DNA from: Phoronis australis
Lineage: Eukaryota; Animalia; Phoronida
Reading direction: 5' to 3'
Length of the DNA stretch: 64,000 bases
Assembly (NCBI GenBank): GCA_002633005.1
Contig: NMRA01000204.1
Span: 66,260 to 130,259 of the forward strand
Below are positions 13,200 through 24,204 of this stretch, one piece after another (positions within the stretch are counted from its first letter, which is position 1; each line of letters opens with the position of its first letter). The notes under the pieces were generated by a model. The model was not told where the DNA came from. It made no database searches and worked only from the letters and a program-made list of their open reading frames with translations. The position numbers and the translations under genes are program-made.

Positions 13200-14609
13200 G
13201 CATTTTAGGGAATTCAAAGCTACTCCTTTGGTAGAATGTTTTCCTTTCAATGTAGGGATGCTGTATTGTGCAACCCCAATAGACCATGAGTCTGGGGAAT
13301 TGAATCAGGCCAATTTAAAGTATTAGTGAACATTTGTGCAAACAATTTGTCAGCATATTATGTTACAGATGCAAAAGTGTATCATAATTGTCAATGGCAT
13401 GTTTCATACTTACCTGGTAATGCTTGTTTAGTTGTGTATTTTCTGAGAAAATAAATAGGTCGGCACTAGCCGCTCTTCAGTCCTGTTCATGGCATTGCCG
13501 GTTGGAGATACAGCGATGCCATCTGCTGAGCTTACAAAGAACAACTATGGAGGAAATTGCCAACAGCACAACTGTGTCTTCAATTAATTTTAGAATAGTA
13601 TACTGTGTAACTTTTAATTGTATCTCGGGATTTGCCAGTAATCTGGTGCATGCTTTAACGAAATTCTTGTTAAACTTTAAAAGAGGATAAAAGCAGAGAA
13701 CCTTTGATAATGTGGTGGCGGATCTCAAAGAGCCATTTTGTATCTCAGTATATCTTTTTTTATTCTGTTATCTATGATATCATGTTTGTGTTCTCCTGGT
13801 GACAACACGGTAAGAATGTAATGTGTTTTACCAAAGAGTATAGATTTTTTTACTATGACTTGTTGGCATTTGGTGTAAATGTAACAGAAGCTAGTAANGC
13901 ATTTTAGGGAATTCAAAGCTACTCCTTTGGTAGAATGTTTTCCTTTCAATGTAGGGATGCTGTATTGTGCAACCCCAATAGACCATGGGTCTGGGGAATT
14001 GAATCAGGCCAATTTAAAGTATTAGTGAACATTTGTGCAAACAATTTGGCAGCACTGTCAGCATATTATGTTACAGATGCAAAAGTGTATCATAATTGTC
14101 AATGGCATGTTTCATACTTACCTGGTAATGCTTGTTTAGTTGTGTATTTTCTGAGAAAATAAATAGGTCAGCACTAGCCGCTCTTCAGTCCTATTCATGG
14201 CATTGCCGGTTGGAGATACAGCGATGCCATCTGCTGAGCTTACAAAGAACAACTATGGAGGAAATTGCCAACAGCACAACTGTGTCTTCAATTAATTTTA
14301 GAATTTATAGTATACTGTGTAACTTTTAATTGTATCTCGGGATTTGCCAGTAATCTGGTGCATGCTTTAACGAAATTCTTGTTAAACTTTAAAAGAGGAT
14401 AAAAGCAGAGAACCTTTGATAATGTGGTGGCGGATCTCAAAGAGCCATTTTGTATCTCAGTATATCTTTTTTTATTCTGTTATCTATGATATCATGTTTG
14501 TGTTCTCCTGGTGACAACACGGTAAGAGTGTAATGTGTTTTACCAAAGAGTATAGATTTTTTAACTATGACTTGTTGGCATTTGGTGTAAATGTAACAGA
14601 AGCTAGTAA
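13200..14609 (+). repeat. ~0.7-kb direct duplication across a single-n join (13200-13897 / 13899-14609)
   Basis: Near-identical copies; junction at n13898. Confidence 0.9.
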
Positions 14610-17600
14610 TTTCGTACTGTGCGACCTGTCGTAAAAATCACTAGTATTGAAAATGTGTTGTTCTCCATCTCAAACAACAGCTGTTAAGCCATCATATGTA
14701 TAGTAAGAGCTTCTAATATTGTTATTATTGTCACTGTGAAAACTTCCTTTTAGGAAGACCATCATAAAGTTGAATATGTTTTCTAGCGCGGTGACATCCG
14801 TAATCACTAATCTAGATTTTCCCATCACGTGCAAGTACAAAATATTTGTGGTGGCTCAACCTATTGCATTTGGTAATGTATTGCAGACAACTGTGGGCAT
14901 TGTCTTTAGTCATATATACTTTGTGTGCCGTGTTTGAGTGATTAGTAATGGGGCTGTTGAGATAGTACAGGGACGTACAAAGTTGAAGCTTGTGATGAGA
15001 AATCTTGGCTTATGGAATGGGCTAGTGGGTGCACTTACGGTTTTGTCGAGTGATTCAACATTCCACTCTCGCCTTTTAGGTATTGCGATGGTGGCCATTT
15101 TGGTAGTGAATACTGGTAAGAGTACTAAGCTTGCTTATGAAACGTAAGCTTTTCTTTCACATGACTGCAACTCTTCGTCAAATTCTCAAGAAACTTAATG
15201 ACATTTTTCAACACATTGCAGTTACGGCTTTAGATAACTATAATTCATGATCTGAGCCATTTCAATGATTTGAAATCAAAAACGGGTTTTGATAGGGTCT
15301 TTCCTATAGCTGCTATTTCAGAGTGAAACAGGAGGATTTCATTGTGTTGTGTATTGTTTGCTACTTGGAGGTCGTTTTGTCATGCAAGGTATTGATCTAT
15401 TGTGTTCTGAAACTTCATGGGTTGTTGCTTGTTGTCTCGGAGATGGGTTTGTGTGATTTTGAGTTGTTGTGTTGTTGAAATAGTCTCTGTCATCTATCAT
15501 ACTGTCTATGTCTTTCTCTGTATATATAACAAATTCTGTTAAGTTGTGAATCTTCTATTTTTATTGCCAGGAATTTTGTATTTTTACATATTTCTATATA
15601 CTTAATATGGGCTTATTTTGATTTTTTGACAATTTACAAAAATGTGGTTTTAAGCCTTTCACATATTATTGCCTGAAAAGCTTGTTGTTTTCTCACCAAA
15701 CTTTTCAATTGTACATTTCAATTATTAGCTACTTTCACATGGGTTGTATGGTTATCTGTAATAGCAGGAAGTCATTAGTTAATGATAATAGCAATGAATA
15801 ATAATGGTAACATTTTGGTGTCATTCATTCATACCTGTATAAAGGTGATGCAAATTTACGATGCTTACAAATTGCTGTTCTTATACACTATATTTGGCAA
15901 TAGTCGGATATAACATGCCCATATTTCGAGAGTTTGATGTCCATTATTCAGTGTAGAAAACTGGCTCTCAAAATGCGGCACGTTATATCCGACCATTACC
16001 CTACATTTTGTTTCACTGTTGCTTTTGTGAGGGATATATGTGTATGTAGTAACAATTTCAATGAAATTTCATCAATGTCAGACAAAAATTCTTGCCAAAA
16101 TTGATCTTAATCATTCTTCAAAGGCTTGTGAATGTCTACAATTTCTCAAAACGTCTGACACCAGATATAGTATACAGTGGAGCTTAAAAGTGTGATTATT
16201 TATATTTGGTGCTACTTATCTTTGATGAGGAAATAGAGTTTCTCTTGTATGCGGTACTGTGCCCTAAACTGACAAATTGGTGAGAAAATGTATCATATTT
16301 TGTCAAAAGGGTGTTAGCCATACTTGCTTATGCTGCCCGAAGTCTTTACAAAGACAGGCAAGCGTCTCTGGTGAGTTTGGCCTTGATTTATGTTGTTCTT
16401 CAACTTGTGTTAGCCCAGCGCCACCTATTGTGTCCCTCAAAAATCACACCACAGTGTACCAACACTCCAACAAGTATTGTAAAATTCAGCAATTCAGCTC
16501 TCCATCATAGCAAGTAGCAGCATGTGTTGACAAAAACAACCTTGGATTTAAATTGACTTGACACGTTTCCAGGTTTATAAAACACTTCCTTCAGAAGCAA
16601 AAACAGTGGCCACCTGGCTAGGCCCAACAATTAATTGTAATGATATTGGGACACAGTCAGATGCGGGGGAGTAACTGTAGAATAGAGTAACAATAACAAC
16701 CTGTGGTGTGCCAGTTGCCTATTTAGACTGGTCATACACCATATTGAAATATATCAAGCCATCGTTGTTTTTGTCAACATGCTTTAGCTGCCACAGACAT
16801 ACTTTGAACAATTGGGGGAATTTGCAACAATGGTAGCAGCTTATGAAAAATGAAAATAAGGCATTTATTTTGTCTGAGATTGTTGAGATGTTATCTTACT
16901 AATCGCCCACTGGCATCAGTGTATGAAGGCTGGGTATGCGTTTACAATAATAATGTGTTTTAACTGAAACGTTAATAGTGAATGAGAAACGGATGTAGAA
17001 ATCAATGGACTGGCATTTGATATCTGCTCGTAATAAAAGGTTAAATGACCAATTTGATAAGGCTTGACGTGTACACAACTCTACAGCTGTAGTCTTAAAT
17101 GAAAGGCTATCATCCATGGTGTCGGTGGAACACACCAACTGAAACTACACGGCCACTACCGCATGTGGCTAGTAATTCTGTGCAGTCTTGGAACTGTAAT
17201 AAAGTTTTTAACAATTACAGTCTTAAACAAGTTAAGTAATTGTCAAATTTTGACTATAAAATTTTGGTTGTAGCCCATTCAATTGAAGAAACTTTTCAAG
17301 TTAAAAAATCAGCATTGTGAACTCCGTTGCCCGAGATGTTACTTTTTGGGGTCTGCATTTGGGACTGAGTGTCAACAAAGACGTTACGGTCTCTGGTGTC
17401 AACTAAATATTGCGTGATGCGCGCATTACTACAAACTAGTCGTGACTGTTGGACCAAAATCGTACAGTATGTGACTGTCTGTGGGCTTTATTATTTTTGA
17501 AAATAAGCGTTGTGGTTTTTTAAAATTCATCACATTTGCTTTTGACCCAAATATGAATACGAACTTTAAAATTGGCGCAACATATTAATAGACGTTTCGG

Positions 17601-19429
17601 TTTATTGTATATAAACCATTCCGAGACAAAATTTCACAACACTCCATGACATGTGTGAAGATAGGTACACGTCAAAATGTAGTGTGAGTGAAGAGATCAG
17701 AAATCAAAACAGTTGGAGCTCAAACGAACCAATATAAAATTCACCGTGTGAAGTTGCATGACCATTCTATTTAATTTGTTCGCTCCGGGTTTTGTATGGG
17801 ATTTGCTGACCTGCGCTATGACTGTACAGTTGAACGCGTTTTCCCTTCGTCTTGCTTGTAGGAATGTAAAATGCCCGGGGTGTATGACAAGTTATGCCCC
17901 TCGCGCCTCACAAACTTATTGAACATCGACTAGCATACGGGGAATGACAACTTATTCGCTAGGCCGCCACGTGAGCAATACGCATGCAACCGTTTTCGCC
18001 GCACACCACTGAGTTTGCGCAAGCGTATAATTTTTTGCAAGTATTAAAATGCTCCCATAATTACTTGAATGGGGTGCAAAATGTTTGGAAATGCGAAGCG
18101 AATCCAAATCGCGTTATCGCATTGACAGACGTCATTACCAGTGGCTAACACCGGTCTTGCTTGGCTAGAGAATGATCGACATAACAAAATTAGCATGGTG
18201 CACAACATGAGCAAAATATAAACTCATTAAAATATCTGATATCATTGTACATGCATACTTATTAATAATAATATGAAGCATTGCAACCCGGCCCCTTTTG
18301 GTAGAAGCAAAGGGGATTACCTGCGCGCAACCATGCATGGAGGGGGCTCAGTCGGGGCGGCGAACGAGCCCCCCCATGAGGAGAAGTTGAGAAAAGGTCC
18401 GCCTCAGAGAAACGAAAACTCCGAAATAAAGTTGAAAACGAGACAAAAGTCCACTAAAAACCATGAACTACCAAAAGTCGACGAACGCACTCCACGAATC
18501 TCAAGTTCGCCGGCCGGGGGTCCACGTTCTCGGCAAAAATTCGAGCCCCTCAATTTTTAAGGCTGGGTGCGCGCATGGGGTTATTAAAATTCAACAGGAA
18601 CTAAGTCAAAAAATGAAACTATACGGGTCAGTTTAGACTGACTTCGTACAAACAAAATCCGCCAAGATTTACCCGGCCCTCGGCTGGACACATTTTTCGA
18701 ACTCACTTGATGATACGATACACAGGCGAAGGTGTTATTAATAAATTACTCTTTAACATGAAAGAATCAGGTGTCATATGTTGATTTCGTCGGGAGTCCA
18801 TGCTACTCGGATCTTTGGTGACAGAGAGCGCAAATGTGCATTACGTTGTAAGACCGTTGTCTAATGGGTACTGAGTCTGGCCCCGGGCAGGCTCTGTGCA
18901 TTTATTCGTTTGCCACATATAGGCCTAAACTTGTTTTAGATCAGCTTACCGTTATGGAATTCTAATGGTCCAAAATTGGTGTCACGCGCGGATAAAGCCA
19001 GTTTTGGAATTCTGGGTGCGTTGACCGCTGGTGCTTGGTAGTCACACGAGAGTCGTGGTTTTGGGCAACTGCCGATTTTCGGTTGTGTCAAAGTAATTTT
19101 TGCAAGTTATTTTTTTAGTAGCCTTAACCGGACTAGTTTGCCAGTGCATGTACTTGTTGTAATAGTAAACGACGAAAGTTCACTTTCTAATCAGTTTAAA
19201 TAAATATTGTGGAAGACTTTTGAAGTCTGACCCACTCTCTTAGGTTTTATACCCCGTGCGGGAAGTAGGTAGACTTGGCCGCTCATTTGTCACGTAATGT
19301 GGTCGCCACCAGGTGGCACGAATCCGAGAACCACGAGATTGCAACAACACATGCGTTAGCCTGCCAAAGACCGGTTTATAAACTATCTTTATTCATTTGA
19401 TTTGGTGCTAGTTTTATCTCACTGTGAAT

Positions 19430-19562
19430 ATGATCTCAACATTTAGACACAGTTGTACACGTGGCGTATTTGGTTTGAAATCTTGGGACGCCCCAAGGCG
19501 ACCAAAGCATTTTATTGACGAAGTCGAAGACCAAGACAGCAACGCCAGCGGATCAAAAAGTG
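19430..19562 (+). CDS. Candidate first coding exon of the SH3/zinc-finger gene (MISTFRHSCTRGVFGLKSWDAPRRPKHFIDEVEDQDSNASGSKS)
   Basis: ATG-initiated open frame ending in a phase-1 donor (G|GTAGCT) compatible with the 20223 acceptor; the donor is weak and an alternative phase-1 exon exists at 15080-15115. Confidence 0.35.
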
Positions 19563-20222
19563 GTAGCTTCAGCTTATTTTAATATTTACCTTTTCCTACT
19601 TTCTTCAGTCACCTTAAGTACCAAACATAACCCAGATGACGTGGAGAGGCACGTGGTCCTAAAAATTGTAGGTTCATGTGCGAAACACGTTTGCAGTATT
19701 TCACTCGGGCTAGCCAGTCCAATGACACTGTATGTGAATGAAGCCAGATTAGAGACTGGATGCACTGCATCGCCTTGTGCCAGTTGCGCTGGCCCAAGTT
19801 CAGACTATGCATCTCCATGTCTTGTCTTGTCTTTTCTTGTAAATCCCTATGGTCATTTTACACAGCATCGCCCATTTCATCCCTGAAAAAAGGCCTGCAT
19901 TTATGGCCTCGGCTCCCGCAAAAGGTGCACTGACCGATCTTCTTACTCCCGCAAAAGTGGATGGGAATTAGCAGACCTGGAATCTGAAATAGGGGGCCTC
20001 GCTGCAATTTTTGGTTCATGCCTGCAGGCACCTTGTTAGTGTGAGTGACTGACCCCCCAGTCCTCACACTGGTTAAACCAGGGAATAGAATTAAGTTTTG
20101 TTCTACTTTTTCATGTCACATAAAACCGGTTCCAATACTTGCACAGGTGATGTGTTGTGCATATTAAGCACATGGATAGTGTTGTTGTGGACATAGATGG
20201 CCAGTGCATTTATTTATTTCAG

Positions 20223-23200
20223 CCCTCTCGTCAAGTTCATCTACATCAACGTCCACACCTTCCAAAAGTTCGTCGGATTCTGACTCGTCCAGTCCTTTAA
20301 AAATTCCTAACGCAAATCCTGGGCAGAAACTAGTTGCCAAGTATTCCTACAGTGCCCAGGTGGACTCTCCTTTAGGTGAGCTATACACAGAACAGTGCAT
20401 TTGTGTGAAATGTAAATTTTGTTAGTGGGTGCTATAAGTCTACCTTGCGCCAAAATAACAAACAGGATTTAGACCACTTCCGATTAAAAATGCGTTGTGT
20501 CAACTTCTTATTCAGATTGGAATCTATATTCTTTGGCTTTTTAGCTATTCCTTGAGGGTTGAATAAGTTGACTTGATCCCACTGGTCTTTTTATGTGTAG
20601 AACATGCAGCTGCAGTTGGATATAACATACACATATTTTGAGAAACAGTTCCATGCCCGTAATTCAGTGGAGAAAACTGGTTCTCAAAATTAGGGTAGGT
20701 AATTATATCCAACCATTACGAGGGGCAAATCCAGGATTTTGCATTAGGGCGTGCCAGGGCAGAGTATTAGCTAGGATTTTGCCTGTCAGATGTTCGCACC
20801 CCGGAACTGCCAAAGGAATCTGGGAAAATTTTAGGGGGGTGGGGCATGGTCTCCTTGGCCCCTCCCCTAAATCCACCAGTGGTTAGCGAATATGCAATAT
20901 TTAACAAACTTGTCGGGTTTCCCCGAGCACAAAAATTCTAATCTGAGTATTAATCAACTTGAAGTTAAAACCAATTTTGTTGGTGGGAAGAGTTAGTTTT
21001 TGACTAAATGAGAGTTTTTAGCTGTTTAAAGTCTTGATCCCCCAATTTTCGATGTCAGATCTAAACTTTTTCTGTTTATCTCTGTAGTGTACGAATGAAC
21101 ACATAGTTTCAAATTTTTATGAATCGTCTTAACCCCCCCATTAACTCATCCATTTATTTTGAACCACCTCACTTTACTCCCCTTGGGTTTATAAATCAAA
21201 CTCCAACTTGATTCAAACAATTGCTTTCTTTCGACTTTGGCATGACCTCAAGAAAAGTGTCTTTGAGACGATCACTGACAGACGAGTAGACAATTCAGTT
21301 CACTCGTGATGACATCATAGTCAAGCTTGGTTTAAAACTACAGTAGAAACACGATTTTTAAGGTCTTAACTGGAGCTTGCAGCTTAAATCCTGGGTTCAT
21401 CAAGTGCAACATTGTATTATTTAGTATTTATCTCCACCAACTTTAATATACTCGAGACCAAAAGCTGGTCTTAACTGGAGCTTGCAGCTTAAATCCTGGG
21501 TTCATCAAGTGCAACATTGTATTATTTAGTATTTATCTCCACCAACTTTAATATACTCGAGAGCAAAAGCTGGGGCACCTGTCTTGAGTTCATACCTCGT
21601 AGAAAAGCAAGTGACTGAAATAATCAAGATCAATGATTAGAAGTCAGTATTGTCACTGTGAAAGTGTTAGCTGTTAATATCTTATACTTTTTCACTTTTG
21701 CAGGGGACAAGGAGCTGAGTGTTAAACAGGGAGATAAATTAGTCTTCAAGAGTGCACACAAAGACACGTCTCATTGGTGGTGGGTGGAGACTGAAGAGGG
21801 CAGCAGTGCAGGCTATGTACCGTCCAGCTACATGTTTGTAAGGCGATGTCATATTTGTGAAAATAGCATTGTTCTACGATGATAGGGGTGATGTCATTGC
21901 CTACTGATAGGTGCTGGGATTTTCAATCATCCTTCCTGTTTGGTCCGTTGAAATTTTAATATTGTTTTCCAATACAGTTGATTGACATTGTATGCAACAG
22001 TTATGTAAGGTTTTTTAGCTTACAACACTCCATTCTACTAGTCTCTCGAACTAATTGATACAATTGATTGTGTTACACCCAGCATGGGTAACAACCATCA
22101 TCTAGAAAGGTCTCAGTAGGGGTTTGATGTAATGTGTTTTGACTGAATTGAATTACTTGTTCAAGTTTCGAATCGAATTACTTGTTTAATTTTTTTGAAT
22201 TATTTTCCTACTGATTAATTTGAGCACCAGTTTCATTCCCTTTTAGCCAATTGAAGAAAAGCTTACAGGATTACCATGGTTACAGAATCGACCAGTTGAA
22301 AGTGTGCCAGCTGTTAATACAGGTAAGACTGTCTTCAAATCACGTTTTGCTTTGTACATTTGCTGACCTGGTTCATCTGATTGTGTTGTCTTGATTTGTT
22401 GCTAGTTTCAATTTGTGTTTTTATTGATAACAGTATATCTGACGTGGATTATGGGTCAAAAAGGACTACTGTGGAGTTCCCTAATGGCAATTTTATTTCT
22501 CTTTGTTTTTGTTTTTGTTTTGATACCTTTCAACAGGGCTTGGAATTTTCCACGGAAACGCGGATTTCCGCTTTTTTGAAATGTGCTTTCCGCTTTTTTT
22601 ATAATATTTCCGCGTAACAAAATCGGATTTGATATGAAATTTCCGCGGCAAATTCCTTTCTTACCGCGGCGTTGCAGACGACGTTCACCTCGGAAAGCGG
22701 AAGTCTTTATGTTTCGGAGGAACGTAAATTGTCAACATTGCCGGGGCATCTGGGTAAAGCNATTGGTGGTGGGTGGAGACTGAAGAGGGCAGCAGTGCAG
22801 GCTATGTACCGTCCAGCTACATGTTTGTAAGGCGATGTCATATTTGTGAAAATAGCATTGTTCTACGATGATAGGGGTGATGTCATTGCCTACTGATAGG
22901 TGCTGGGATTTTCAATCATCCCTCCTGTTTGGTCCGTTGAAATTTTAATATTGTTTTCCAATACAGTTGATTGACATTGCATGCAACAGTTATGTAACGT
23001 TTTTTAGCTTACAACACTCCATTCTACTAGTCTCTCGAACTAATTGATACAATTGATTGTGTTACACCCAGCATGGGTCACAACCATCATCTAGAAAGGT
23101 CTCAGTAGGGGTTTGATGTAATGTGTTTTGACTGAATTGAATTACTTGTTCAAGTTTCGAATCGAATTACTTGTTTAATTTTTTCCTACTGATTAATTTG

Positions 23201-24204
23201 AGCACCAGTTTCATTCCCTTTTAGCCAATTGAAGAAAAGCTTACAGGATTACCATGGTTACAGAATCGACCAGTTGAAAGTGTGCCACCTGTTAATACAG
23301 GTAAGACTGTCTTCAAATCATGTTTTGCTTTGTACATTTGCTGACCTGGTTCATCTGATTGTGTTGTCTTGATTTGTTGCTAGTTTCAATTTGTGTTTTT
23401 ATTGATAACAGTATATCTGATGTGGATTATGGGTCAAAAAGGACTACTGTGGAGTTCCCTAATGGCAATTTTATTTCTCTTTGTTTTTGTTTTTGTTTTG
23501 ATACCCTTCAAGTTCCTGAGTGGAATTTAATAAAAGTGTTACAGTATGTGATAGAAAGTCTAGTATACTTTCGTATTCACCTCAGTGGCAGCATAAGTCA
23601 CGAGTTCCCCTTGAGCAGCGACAGCAATTTCACTTTGCTATATTATAAAAGTAAAAGTAAGTCAAATCACCAAGAGTTTAGTATAACTGTGCGGTAAGCC
23701 ATTGTGTAATCCCACAATGCTTTATAAACATGGCTACATAAATTCAATCTACGCAACTGTAAATGATTGCCAGCTATGACAGGGGAGATAATGTGAGATG
23801 GTATAGCATCCCGTCCCGTGAAAGATTTACTATTTTATTGGTTGATGATCTAACCTCTTAACCCGGCAATAGTTACTTACAGGGGTCCTTATTTTGAGAA
23901 CCAGTTTGATGGCTGTTATTCAGTGGAGAAAACTGATTCTCGTAATGGGGGACCCCTGAAATTCACTATTACCCTTCACTCAGCCTTGCTTGACAAACAT
24001 TCCTTCTCTATCCATTCTTAAGGTTCCTACAAGCCATATGTGTCTGCATACAACAAGTCCAGCCAGAACAACTCGTCTTCTGCCCCGGTTGACAACTACA
24101 ACTGTGAAGTGTGCAACAGAACATTCAACGGTCCTATACCATACCAGGTGCACATGAAGAGCAAAGCACACCGTGAAGAGATGGAGGCGGCGAGTCATAA
24201 TTGA
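20223..24204 (+). CDS. SH3-domain plus C-terminal matrin/JAZ-type C2H2 zinc-finger protein (5' exon uncertain)
   Basis: Exons 20223-20375, 21704-21837, 22247-22322 (or copy 23225-23300), 24023-24204 join in frame with GT-AG introns. SH3: VAKYSY...DKELSVKQGDKL...HWWWVE...GYVPSSYM. Finger: CEVCNRTFNGPIPYQVHMKSKAH (C-x2-C-x12-H-x5-H). The first visible exon starts in phase 1, so an upstream exon is required. Confidence 0.85.
21362..21571 (+). repeat. 105-bp tandem duplication in an intron
   Basis: GGTCTTAACTGGAGCTTGCAGC...AAAAGCT repeated at 21362 and 21467 almost identically; no n at the junction. Confidence 0.85.
21773..23511 (+). repeat. ~0.75-kb direct duplication across a single-n join (21773-22533 / 22762-23511)
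   Basis: Includes part of the SH3 exon and the 76-nt exon; junction at n22761. Confidence 0.9.
22534..22760 (+). mobile_element. Left end of an insertion (CAGGGCTTGG..., hAT-like terminus) present in only one of two duplicated copies
   Basis: Copy 1 reads ...CCTTTCAA|CAGGGCTTGGAATTTTCC... up to the n at 22761; copy 2 reads ...CCCTTCAA|GTTCCTGAG with no insertion. Confidence 0.55.

Noticed and set aside
13406-13417. ATACTTACCTGG, identical to the 5' end of U1 snRNA (also at ~14114)
   Set aside because: Similarity stops after 12 nt with no U1 stem-loops or Sm site; better explained as a consensus 5' splice site on the minus strand.
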